A stretch of 64,000 nucleotides of DNA from an uncultured Planctomycetaceae bacterium (lineage in GTDB: Bacteria; Planctomycetota; Planctomycetia; Isosphaerales; Isosphaeraceae), in contig CAWIAD010000002.1 of assembly GCA_963833985.1 (NCBI GenBank), positions 256,001-320,000 of the forward strand. Reading direction: 5' to 3'. Position numbers and translations under genes: made by a program. Below are positions 28,822 to 38,918 of this stretch, in pieces; the stretch's first letter is position 1; each line of letters opens with the position of its first letter. The notes below the pieces were generated by a model that was not told where the DNA came from, made no database searches, and saw only the letters and a program-made list of their open reading frames with translations.

Positions 28822-31800
28822 ATGGCACTCGAAGAACCGGCCTGTTCCGATCTGGTGGAGTTGCTCCGCGGGGATCAGCAGCGGCGCTGGCAAGAGGGTG
28901 AGGGGGTCATTGTCGAGTCCTATTTCGCGACCCACCCAGGCCTACTCGCCGATGAAACCAGTGCGCTGCAAATGGTGTACAACGAGGTTCTCCTGCGCGA
29001 AGCCGCTCACGAATGTCCCCGGCTCGAGGAATATGTGCGGCGTTTCCCTCAGTACAGGGATCAGTTGCGTCCCCTCTTTGAAGTTCACCGCGCGCTCGAG
29101 TCGGATGAGTTGCTCGGTGCGCTTGCCGACCAGGGGTCGCTGGCGAAGACGATACACGAAAACAACGACCCGAGGGCCCGATCCTGGCCCACCATCGCCG
29201 GACACGAGATCCTCGGCGAGCTAGGGCATGGTGGCATGGGAGTGGTGTACAAGGCCCGGCAGATCGGTCTGAACCGGGTGGTCGCTCTGAAGATGATCCT
29301 GGCCGGAAGCTGCGCCGACGCGGGCCAGTTGAGCCGCTTCCGTGCCGAGGCTGAGGCCGTCGCGCGCCTTCAGCACCCCAACATTGTCCAGATTCACCAG
29401 GTCGGAGAGAGCGACGGCTGTCCTTATTTCTCCATGGAGTTCGTGGGCGGTCCGAGCCTGGCCCACGAACTCGACGGCACTCCCCAGCCGGCACGGCAGG
29501 CGGCAGACTTCATCCGGACACTGGCCTTCGCAATGCATACGGCCCATGAAAGGGGCATCGTCCACCGTGATCTCAAGCCTGCAAACATATTGCTGAAGAA
29601 ACTTGAAGTGTCAGGTCCTCGACCGCGAGTTCGAGCTTCCGAGTCGGAAGCCTCAACCGCTTCCGATTCAGGTCTTCAGACTCTGGAGTGTCTTCCCAAG
29701 ATCACAGACTTCGGTCTGGCCAAGCATCTCGACATCGACGTCGGCCAGACCGGCAGCGGCGTGATCGTGGGTACGCCGAGCTACATGGCTCCCGAACAGG
29801 CAAACAGCGGGATCGGCAGGATCGGCCCGGCTGCGGACGTGTATGCCTTGGGGGCAATCCTCTACGAACTGCTCACCGGTCGACCGCCGTTCAAGGCCGG
29901 GACGCCACTGGATACGTTGCTTCAGGTTCTTGCCGATGACCCCGTACCCCTGTCTCGTTTTCACTTGAAGGTGCCGCCCGATCTGAGCACGATCTGCATG
30001 AAGTGTTTGCAGAAGGAGCCACAAAAACGCTACTCGAGCGCGCTCGCCCTTGGCGAGGACCTGGATCGCTTCCTCCACAACCGATCGATTCACGCCCGGC
30101 GAACAAGCTTTTCGGAACGCCTCTGGCGATGGTGCAGGCGTAACCCGGCCCTGGCCGTAATGATCATTACCGTCGCAGGCCTTCTGATACTTCTTGCCGG
30201 TGGTGCTTCGGTCGCCGCGTTCTCCCTGCGCAGGCAGTTGACACGAGCCGAACAGGCGGAACATGTAGCCCAGCTCGAAAAAGACTCCAGGACCGAACAG
30301 CTCTGGAGAGCCTCGTTCGCTCAGGCCCAGGCCCTTCGCCTGAGCGGCCGAATGGGCCAGCGTTTCGAGAGCCTGAAGGCAATCGAGGAGGCAACTCGAA
30401 TCACTCGTGCACGGGGTGCTCCGGAGCAAGAGGCGCTTGACCTTCGTGGGGAGGCGGTTGCTTGCCTGGCTCTGACCGACCTGCGGGTGGAAGCCCAATG
30501 GCGAATTCCGACCTGGAGACTGTCCGCGACTTTTGATGCAGCACTTGATCATTTCGCTTATGCCGATGACGCGGGCGACATTCATTTGAGACAAACAGCC
30601 GGCCGCGAACCAGGCACTCGCCTGCCAAGCCCGGTTCAGCATCCGGATGAGGTCTGTTTTCAGTACAGCGCGGACGGCCGTTTCTTCCTGGGTTGCTTTG
30701 TCCTCAAGGGGAACCGCTCCAATGTCGTGTGGGACCTGACCACCCAGAACGGTCCACAAGAAGTTCTCCGCCTCACCGATGGCTCGGCTTACTTCACTCC
30801 GGACGGTCGCTCGCTCGCCTTTGCACGCGCAGACCGAACTCTTGGGCTTTACAATCTGGTGCAGGGCCAGAGCAAGACCCTCTGCACTGACCTCCGAGTG
30901 AGTCAAATCGCTTTCCGGCCCGACGGCAAGCAACTGGCCTATTCCGACGATCGTAAACCCGAAGTAGCCATCGTGGATGCAGCGACCGGAAAACAGATGC
31001 TGTCCTTGCCCGACCCGGACTGGAACACGGCTCTGACCTGGAGCAGCGACAGCCGGATGCTTGCTTCCGCATCGAATAATCATAATATCTATATTTTTAA
31101 TGGAACCACGGGTCGACGGCAGGCTGTGCTGGCAGGTCATCAAGGCAGGGTCATGGCACTCGCATTCAGCCCGACAGGAAATGTGCTGGCATCAAGTGGC
31201 TGGGAGGGTATCACGCGTCTCTGGGACGTGTGGAGCGGGAGAGCCCTGGTCAGCGGTGCGGGTCGCATGTTGAGCTTCAGTCCCGACGGACGGCGACTGG
31301 GTTTCATCGACGGTGACCGGATCGGGATCTGGGAAGTGGAGGAGGGGCGGGAATGCCGCTTACTGCAACCTCACTCCGCGACGACGGAGGCATGGAACAG
31401 CTACAGGGGACACGAGAGTATTGACTACAGCCCGGATGACCGCCTGCTCGCTTCTGCGGGCGGAGATGGGGTTCGGCTCTGGGATTTAGCCACAACTCTG
31501 GAACTGACTCACCTGGAGATCGGGTACCACGAGGCCGTCCTCTTTCACCCGACTAGCGGCGAGCTGTTCACCTATGGCAGATCGGGACTGAAAAGCTGGC
31601 CCATCGAGCGCGACCCCGCAAGACAGGGCATTCAAGTCGGTACACCGCAAACGTTTGATGTGAAGTTCAATCGGGGCTGGTTCCAGGCGAGCTGTAGCCT
31701 GGATGGCCGCGCGCTCGCCGTGACGGATGACCGCCATGCCCGGATCATCGTGATGAAGCTGGACGCGCCGTCCGAACGAGTCATGGTGACCGGCTGTTCC

Positions 31801-32397
31801 GATGTGGTCTCCCTCGCCCTGAGCCGCGATGCCGCATGGGTCGCCGCGGGCATGGTCAAGGGGGATGTGGGAGTCTCCATCTGGGACGCTCATACTGGCC
31901 GAAGGGTACACCACCTACCCGCCGAAGAGGACGGCACCATGCAGTCGAACGTCGCCTTCAGTCCGGACGGCCAATGGTTGCTGACGGGTGGGCAGAGCAA
32001 TTACCGCTTCTGGCAGGTCGGCTCCTGGAAACCAGGATCCGTGATCCGGCGAGAGAACCCGGGGGCGTACCATGGACCCATGGCATTCTCCCGGGACGGC
32101 CGGATGCTCGCGATTGCCCTCTCGCAGCAGCAGATGCTCCTGATCGATCTGATCAACCGGCGCGAGCTGACCACCCTGACCGCTCCCGACGCCCGTCCGC
32201 TCTCTCGTCTCTGCTTCAATCATAACGGCACCGAGCTGGCGGCATCGAATGACAATCACGTGGTCCAGCTCTGGGACCTGCTCATGATCCGTCGTCAATT
32301 GACGAGCATGGGCCTTGACTGGGATCTCCCGCCGGAACAGTCTCTCGCTCAGGAGTTCCAGCCACCCCACTCTCGACCCCGCCGGGAGAGCTGGTGA
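28822..32397 (+). CDS. Hanks-type Ser/Thr protein kinase with TM helix and WD40 repeats
   Basis: LGHGGMGVVY, VALK, HRDLKPAN, DFG, GTPSYMAPE; TM helix PALAVMIITVAGLLILL; many WD40 repeats. Confidence 0.95.
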   Translation: MALEEPACSDLVELLRGDQQRRWQEGEGVIVESYFATHPGLLADETSALQMVYNEVLLREAAHECPRLEEYVRRFPQYRDQLRPLFEVHRALESDELLGALADQGSLAKTIHENNDPRARSWPTIAGHEILGELGHGGMGVVYKARQIGLNRVVALKMILAGSCADAGQLSRFRAEAEAVARLQHPNIVQIHQVGESDGCPYFSMEFVGGPSLAHELDGTPQPARQAADFIRTLAFAMHTAHERGIVHRDLKPANILLKKLEVSGPRPRVRASESEASTASDSGLQTLECLPKITDFGLAKHLDIDVGQTGSGVIVGTPSYMAPEQANSGIGRIGPAADVYALGAILYELLTGRPPFKAGTPLDTLLQVLADDPVPLSRFHLKVPPDLSTICMKCLQKEPQKRYSSALALGEDLDRFLHNRSIHARRTSFSERLWRWCRRNPALAVMIITVAGLLILLAGGASVAAFSLRRQLTRAEQAEHVAQLEKDSRTEQLWRASFAQAQALRLSGRMGQRFESLKAIEEATRITRARGAPEQEALDLRGEAVACLALTDLRVEAQWRIPTWRLSATFDAALDHFAYADDAGDIHLRQTAGREPGTRLPSPVQHPDEVCFQYSADGRFFLGCFVLKGNRSNVVWDLTTQNGPQEVLRLTDGSAYFTPDGRSLAFARADRTLGLYNLVQGQSKTLCTDLRVSQIAFRPDGKQLAYSDDRKPEVAIVDAATGKQMLSLPDPDWNTALTWSSDSRMLASASNNHNIYIFNGTTGRRQAVLAGHQGRVMALAFSPTGNVLASSGWEGITRLWDVWSGRALVSGAGRMLSFSPDGRRLGFIDGDRIGIWEVEEGRECRLLQPHSATTEAWNSYRGHESIDYSPDDRLLASAGGDGVRLWDLATTLELTHLEIGYHEAVLFHPTSGELFTYGRSGLKSWPIERDPARQGIQVGTPQTFDVKFNRGWFQASCSLDGRALAVTDDRHARIIVMKLDAPSERVMVTGCSDVVSLALSRDAAWVAAGMVKGDVGVSIWDAHTGRRVHHLPAEEDGTMQSNVAFSPDGQWLLTGGQSNYRFWQVGSWKPGSVIRRENPGAYHGPMAFSRDGRMLAIALSQQQMLLIDLINRRELTTLTAPDARPLSRLCFNHNGTELAASNDNHVVQLWDLLMIRRQLTSMGLDWDLPPEQSLAQEFQPPHSRPRRESW

Positions 32398-32498
32398 TGG
32401 CGCCCGGTGTGACTCAGTGCGAATTCCCGCCACGACACGGACCGACAGAAAGCGAACCGCCTGAACCAAGCCCACCTTGTCGCGGTCTTTGAGCCTTT

Positions 32499-32524
32499 GA
32501 TCACCGATGGGCATCAAACTCCTC
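32499..32524. repeat. 26-bp degenerate direct repeat, copy 2 (relic DUF790 start downstream of the helicase)
   Basis: Minus strand GAGGAGTTTGATGCCCATCGGTGATC, encoding MPIGD versus MLTGD in DUF790. Confidence 0.65.
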
Positions 32525-32604
32525 GGCGTTCGTTCTCGCAGCCAGCTCCTCGTGGGGGCCGTTGGTCACCGACCTGGGTGTTGCTGTTTTGCCGAGCACG
32601 GCCT

Positions 32605-34012
32605 TCAGTTGCCATCATACGCGTCGTGCTGACGGCGGCGGTTGGACGTGAACTCCTCGACGGTGCCGCGCGTGATGACTTCATACAGGATGGCTTCCTT
32701 GTCGCCCGACTTCCGGAGGATGCGGCCCAGGCGCTGGACGTGCTCGCGGACCGAGCCCGATCCGGAGAGAATGATGGCCACGTTGGCCTCGGGAACGTTG
32801 ACCCCCTCGTTGAGCACCTTCGATGTCGCAACGATGGGGTAGGCTCCGCTGTTAAACCGGAGCAGGACCTCCCTCCGCTCCTTGGTCTTGGTCTGGTGCG
32901 TGATCACGGGCACGAGGAACTGGCGGGCGATGGTATACACCGTTGCGTTGTCGTGCGTGAAGATGATCACGCGGTCGCCATTGTGCCGCTCCAGCAGGCG
33001 GGCCAGCAGGCTCAGCTTTGCCGGCGCGGCCAGGGCCAGCGTGCGCTGTTCGCGATAGGCATGGAACGCCTCACGCCCCTCGGGTGACCGAAAGGCCAGG
33101 TAGAGGAACCGGCTCCAGCCCTCGGGCTTGCTCATGCTGATGCCCGACTGCTGCACAAAACCCCGGTACAGCTCACGCGCACGCTCGTAGCGGATGCGTT
33201 CCTCCTCGCCGAGCGCGACATACAACGTGATCACCCGGTACTCGGCCAGGAACTGGCCCTTCAGCTCGCTGATCTCGCGGCGGAAGACGGTCTCGCCGAT
33301 GAGCTGCTCGAGATGGGTATGGGCGTGATCGGCGCGTTCCGGAGTGGCTGTCAACCCCAGGCGAAACGGGGCAATCGCGGAGGTGGCCGCCAGGCCATAA
33401 GTCGGACCGGGAAGGTGGTGGCACTCGTCGAAGACGATCAGGCCGAAGCGGTTTCCCAGCCGCTCCATGTGCAGGTAGGCCGAGTCGTACGTGGTCACGG
33501 ACAGCGGTCGCACGTCGTAGTAGCCGCCGCCGATGAGCCCGACCTCGGTACCGAAACTCATGGCCAGCTCGTCGTACCACTGGTTCATGAGATCGATGGT
33601 GGGCGTGATCACGAGCGCAGGGCGGCCAGCTTTCTCGATGGCCAGGCTTGCCAGGTGAGTCTTGCCGGTCCCCGTGGGCAGGACGACGACGCCGCGGCCG
33701 CCTCGCTGCCACCAGGCTTGCAGACCCTCCACCTGGTGTGGAAAGGCTTCCTTCGATACCTGGAGCTTCCAGGGAACCGGGGCGTAGGCGCTGCGCCTCG
33801 TCACTGTAGGCGATACCCTGCTTGCGCATCAACTCGACGAGCGGGCGGTACCAGATCGCCTCGGCGCGAAAGACCCTGGTGCGGTTGTCATACTTGAGTC
33901 CAGGGAGCCCTGGCTCCTCGTCCTGGTCCAGCCCTTCCACCACAAGCGTGCCGGCGTCAAAGCTGAGCCGCAGGGGGGTGCCGGCAGCGGGTCGAGACGC
34001 GGCAGCCGTCAT
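32605..34012 (-). CDS. XPB/Rad25-like SF2 helicase (frameshift near 33793)
   Basis: LPTGTGKT, DECHHL, GLTATPER, VLNEGVNVP and QRLGRILR. The N-terminal LRLSFDAGTL..YDNRTRVFRAEAIWY domain is in another frame. Confidence 0.9.
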
Positions 34013-34408
34013 GAGCCGGAAGCTCCCGGATCGGCCGCGGCCGGTCTCGTGCGCTGGATCGGGCCGGCCGTGGATTCCAGGCAATCCCGGGCATCGTGCT
34101 CCGGCCGACGGTGGAAGTGCTTCATCGTCATTCCGGCGCCAGCCGGGGATGAGGTGGCCATGAAAAGAACCCTGTCCTCGCAGCTCTCTGCAAGCGCGGA
34201 GCGGGCGGCACCAGCAGCAGCAGCGAACGACCGCCTCGACAGCGATGCAACACTCCGAATCTTCGAGTGTACCCGGGTTCATGACATTCCGCGAGGCCGC
34301 CCCGAAAGCCTGCTGAAAACAGAATCGGGAGGGCGGCCAAGGCGGAACGCCGGGGCCGGCGCTCCCGATAGCCTGCATGAGCAGGAATCTCCATCTGCGA
34401 CCGCTGCG

Positions 34409-34922
34409 TTAACGCCTGCGGATCCAGCGCAGGGATGCCACGGCGGCGATGCCGATGCCGCTCAGGACGATCGAGGCAGGTTCAGGAACCGCAGGGCCGT
34501 TGGACGTTTCCGAGCTCGGAGTCGACGCGACGACCACAGAACCGATCGGAGGCGCTGATCGGGGAGCCCACATTGCTCAACCACACGGCCGAGCTGAGCG
34601 TCACCGGGTTTGTCGTCTCGAACGTGAACGTGAGAACTCCAGTCAGGTAAGGCAGAGGACTGGCGAAGCCGATCTCGACACCGGTGCCGCCGTCGATGGC
34701 CTTCGTGGTGGTCGCGATGCCAGAGCTGAAGAGGACCGTGATGTCGGCGACCGTGCCGCCTGTGTTCAGGAAGGTCGCGTCAAAGCCGGTCGCGGCCTTG
34801 CCGGACTCATTGATGGTCGTGACGGTCGTCAGCGAGCCCGCACGTACGGGGGCCGCCAGAGCGAGACTGCAAGTGATGACCATGGCCAGGGCCAGGGCCA
34901 CTGCAAACGGGCGACTGAGCAT
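34409..34922 (-). CDS. PEP-CTERM protein (frameshift near 34547)
   Basis: Signal peptide MLSRPFAVALALAMV; another frame ends VPEPASIVLSGIGIAAVASLRWIRRR*. Confidence 0.8.
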
Positions 34923-35371
34923 TCTGAGCCTCCAGGAGCCTGTGGCGGGGACGAAAGTCGGGCGGAGAGGAACCCAGGCGGATTCCTCGCGCCGACTCCG
35001 CATTCCACCGCGTATGTCCTCCGCAACGCCGAGGATCACATCCGCGGAGCAAGCCCGCCGCGTTGCGCTGTCGATCGACACCATGCCGATCTCGGTTGCG
35101 CTTCTTCATCCCACGGACTTTCCGTGTGATGATTTCAGCCGCTCACGACACGCAGGTCAATTTCTCGATGTCAAGAATGTACAAGGTTGCATCTGGTGAA
35201 CCGAGATGATGGTTTGCTGCATCGCAGGCGCTGCGATTGTGCACCCGTTGTCAGCCCGCGCGGCACCGGATCGAACACTTTCGCCCTTCCAGGGTGCAGG
35301 CTAAGATCGAACTGGCTCATCAAGGTCGGCACGCGCTGCCTCCGCACTCGCGGTCCGGATAGGAGTTGAAC

Positions 35372-38300
35372 ATGTTGCTACTGGCGCCCTGGCGCTGCTG
35401 ACGTTGGCCGTGGCGTTCGACCCCGCGATTCCGCTGACCGGGACGGTCGAGGACCGTACCGGCCGGCCGGTGGCCGGGGCCGTGGTCTGGCTGGGCGACA
35501 CGAATGCGACCCGGGACGGTCCCCAGGTCCTGGCGACGGGGATCACCGACAGCCGTGGCCGGTTCCGGCTGGAACGGGCCGCCGGGCTGGCCGGCCGGGG
35601 CACGACCTGGTCGCCCACGCTCTGGGCTTACAGCCCTGGCCTGCGCGTCGCCTTCCTCGAGTTCAAGGCCCGGTTGCCGGCAGCCGGAGACTCGGTCCAC
35701 CTGGTGCTCGGCCCGCCGGCAGCGGCGGCGCTGCGGGTGCTGCGGCCCGACGGCACCCCAGCAATTGGCGTCAGGGTCTGCCTCGTGGATACCTGCCTGG
35801 AGGCTCCCAGACCGCCGGACGGGTTGATCGAGAAGCTGGCCGTAACGACGGACGCCCTCGGCCGGTGCACCATCGACGGCTTCGCCCAGACGGATATCGA
35901 AGCCGTCGACGTCACCGCTCGGGGCCAGCTCGTTCAGTGCCTGCCCATCGATCCGGTAACCGGAACCGTCACGCTCCGCCCGCTGGGCCGGCTCACCGTG
36001 CAGGTCATCGCGGACGATCCCGCGGCGCTGGCGGGCTGGAAGATCACGCTCTGGTCGCAGGCGACCGAGCCGGGCGAGTCTGGTCCGGCGAGCACTCAGT
36101 GGCGCAAGAGTCCACCGGGGCGGACGGCCGTGCCAGCTTCCCGCCGCTGGCCGCCGGCCGGGTCCTCTGGAAGGTCGAGCCCCCCGCCGAGACGAACTAC
36201 CTGGTCGCGGAGCTGCCGCGGGCGACCATCCGCCCGGGCGCGACCGAGGCCGTGGAGATCAAGACCCTGCGCGCCGTCCGGGTGGAAGGGACCGTCGTCG
36301 AGGAACCGGGGGGCGTGCCCGTTGCCGGCGTGACCGTCGAAGTCAATTCGCTCAAGCACCTCACCGGCGCTGCCCATTTGGTGGTCACCGACGCTCACGG
36401 GCGCTTCTCCACTGCGGTCTTGCCTGGTCCCGCACGTTTCAGCTTCTGGGCTGATCGTATGCCGAAGACACACTTCCTGCCTCCGAACATCCCTGACTGG
36501 GTCGATTTCCAGGTGCCGGAGGGCGCCCGGCGGCAGGAGTTTAATCCTCCCCGGCTTCATCGCGCCGAGCAGGTGCGGGGCCGCGTCGTGGACGAGGCGG
36601 GCAAGCCGGTCCCCGGCGCAGTGGTCGCGGGAACCTGGATCTCGGGCGAGTTTGGAGCCAACCCGAACTCGATCCGCGTCCAGAGCGATGCCCACGGCGA
36701 CTTCGTGCTGGGCAGCATCGCACCGAGATCGAAAGTCGAGCTCTCAGCGTCGACCGGCCTGACGGCGGAGTCGGAACCTCTCACGGTCCTATCACCCGCG
36801 GCGGATCAGCGGGTCAGCCTGGTCCTGAGGATGCGTCCGACCCTGGCCCTCGACGGCCGCGTACTCGGAACCGACGGCCGCCCACTGGCCGACGCCGTGA
36901 TCCACGTGATGATCCGGCCGGCCAACCAGCCATTCCATCTGGTGAACGAATTCGCATTCTTTCGCGCAGGGCCGATCCGGACGGACCGCGCCGGTCGGTA
37001 CAGGACTCCCGATCAAATCCCAATGGATTGCGACTACCGGGTCGCGGCCCGTGCACCAGGATATGAGCCCGGGGAATCACCCTGGGTGACCGCGCCGCGC
37101 ACCGAGGTCCCAGACGTGAAACTTCGCCCGGCCCCTGCGCTGCGTATGCTCACCGGGCAGGTGGTTGATTCCTCTGGCAAACCGCTTACCGGGGCCGAAG
37201 TGTACCAGTCGGGTGATGGTCCCAGGAAGACGCGGGGGAGCACCGGCAGCGACGGCCGGTACCGCGTGGCCGGCGTGGCCGGAACGCCGGCGTTTCTCTT
37301 CGTGGCGAAGGAAGGTTACCATTTCGTGGGCCGGCTGGTCGAACCGGCCGATCACTCGGCCGATTTCACTCTGCGTCGGCTCGACGAGCCATCCGGAACG
37401 GTGCTCCACCAGGCGGCCCGGCCGCTCGGTCGCGAGGAGGAGCGCGCCATCGCCCGGGCCCTGATCGCCGAGACGCGCAAGGCATGCGGCAATAACAAGC
37501 GCGCGCTCGAGCAGTATCGTGTCCTCGAGATCAATGCCCTGGCCGATCCTGATTCGACCATCGAGATGATCGAGAACCAGACGGTCGAGGCAGGGAAGGC
37601 CGTACTGGTGGCCCTGGCGATTGCCCGGTTCGAGGACGACCCGAAGAAGTCACTCGAGATCCTGGAGGCCATCGATGCTCCGGACACCGCGGCCGCCGTC
37701 GCCCTGGGCGTCTTTGACCGGCTGGGAGCCAGCGCCACGCCCGGTTTCCGCCGTACCCTGCTGGATCGCGCGGCGAGCCTGGCCCGCGCGGCCAGCGATT
37801 CGGGCCAGGCGGCCGGTCTGCTGGCGCAGGTGGCCGATCGCCGGTTCGACCTCGGCGAGGCCGAGCAAGGCGCGGTCCTCATCCGGGCGGCGCGTGCGCT
37901 GGCGGACAGGCCACAGGATCGATCTCAGGTCGGCCCTGCCGCGGACCTGGCGCCAACGCTGTCACGCATCGACCTGCCCTCGGCCCTCAAGCTGGTGGAG
38001 CATCTGACCGGAGACCCACAGCGGCTGAGCGCGGTCAGGATCAAGATCGCCGAGCGCATCGCCGCCACCGACCCGGCCGGGGCACGGCACATGCTCGGCC
38101 TGATCGAGGACCACGAGCAGCCCGCAGCCCGGTGGCTCGTATGCCTGCGGATGGCGGCACAAAATCTGGCAGCGGCCCGCGCCCTGGCGTCCGAGGACCG
38201 CGATCCGGAGCTGAAGGCGCTTCTGCCGGCCGCGGCTGCCCAGGCACGCGTGAGCACCGATCCCGAGGGAGCCAGGACCCTGCTGCGCCAGGCCGTGAAA

Positions 38301-38867
38301 CAGCTCGAGCAGATTGATGCAGGGCAGGAACTCCGAGTCTCGCCAGCCGTGGCTCTTGCCCGCCTGTTACCGCTGGCGGTCCGTGTCGACCCCGAGCGCG
38401 CGGCGGACCTGCTCTGGCTCGCTCTGGCACGACGGCCCGCGGTCAGGGAGCTTCCCGAGTCGACGTTCATGCGCGACAATCTCCGCCGACAATACCTGGA
38501 GCGGGCCGAGCTGGCGGCCCTCGTGGCCCGTTTCGACCGGCGGGCGGCCGAGGCCGTCCTCGCGCCCGTGGCTGCCCGGCTGGCCGGGCTGTTCGATGAA
38601 ACCTGGGGGCTGGGAACCGAGGGCCCGGCGATCTTCCGCGCCGCGGGAGCATTCGACGCCCGGGCTGCCAGGCACCTGGTCGAGGCCGTGCCGGAAGATC
38701 CCCCTGCGGATGACAGCGCCGCGAACAGCGGAACCATCGTTCGCCACCACAGCAAGACACAGTCCCGACTCGCCCTCGCCGAGGTGATCGCCCTGCCCGA
38801 GAGCCTGCGGCTGCGGTTGCTCTTCCCGGCCAGCGGTCACGGCACGTGGATCGATCTTGAAAACTGA
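35372..38867 (+). CDS. Large secreted protein with repeated carboxypeptidase-regulatory-like domains and helical C-terminus (frameshifts near 35375 and 36101)
   Basis: AGGAG RBS; repeated GxVxDxxGxPVxGAxV...TDxxGRF modules across two overlapping ORFs. Confidence 0.8.
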
Positions 38868-38918
38868 TGTCCGTGTCCGCCGGGCAGCACCCTCCAGACC
38901 CCGCAAAGGAAGCTCGCC

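Noticed and set aside
31915..32517. 200-aa minus-strand ORF starting MMPIGDQ
   Set aside because: Mostly antisense to the kinase gene. Only its first codons matter, as the relic DUF790 start.
33780..33800. Programmed ribosomal frameshifting in the helicase or radical SAM gene
   Set aside because: No slippery heptamer or stimulatory structure seen; the many similar indels point to sequencing error.
33173..34378. 401-aa ORF as an independent gene
   Set aside because: Only about 34012-33793 is coding (the helicase N-terminus); the rest is off-frame.
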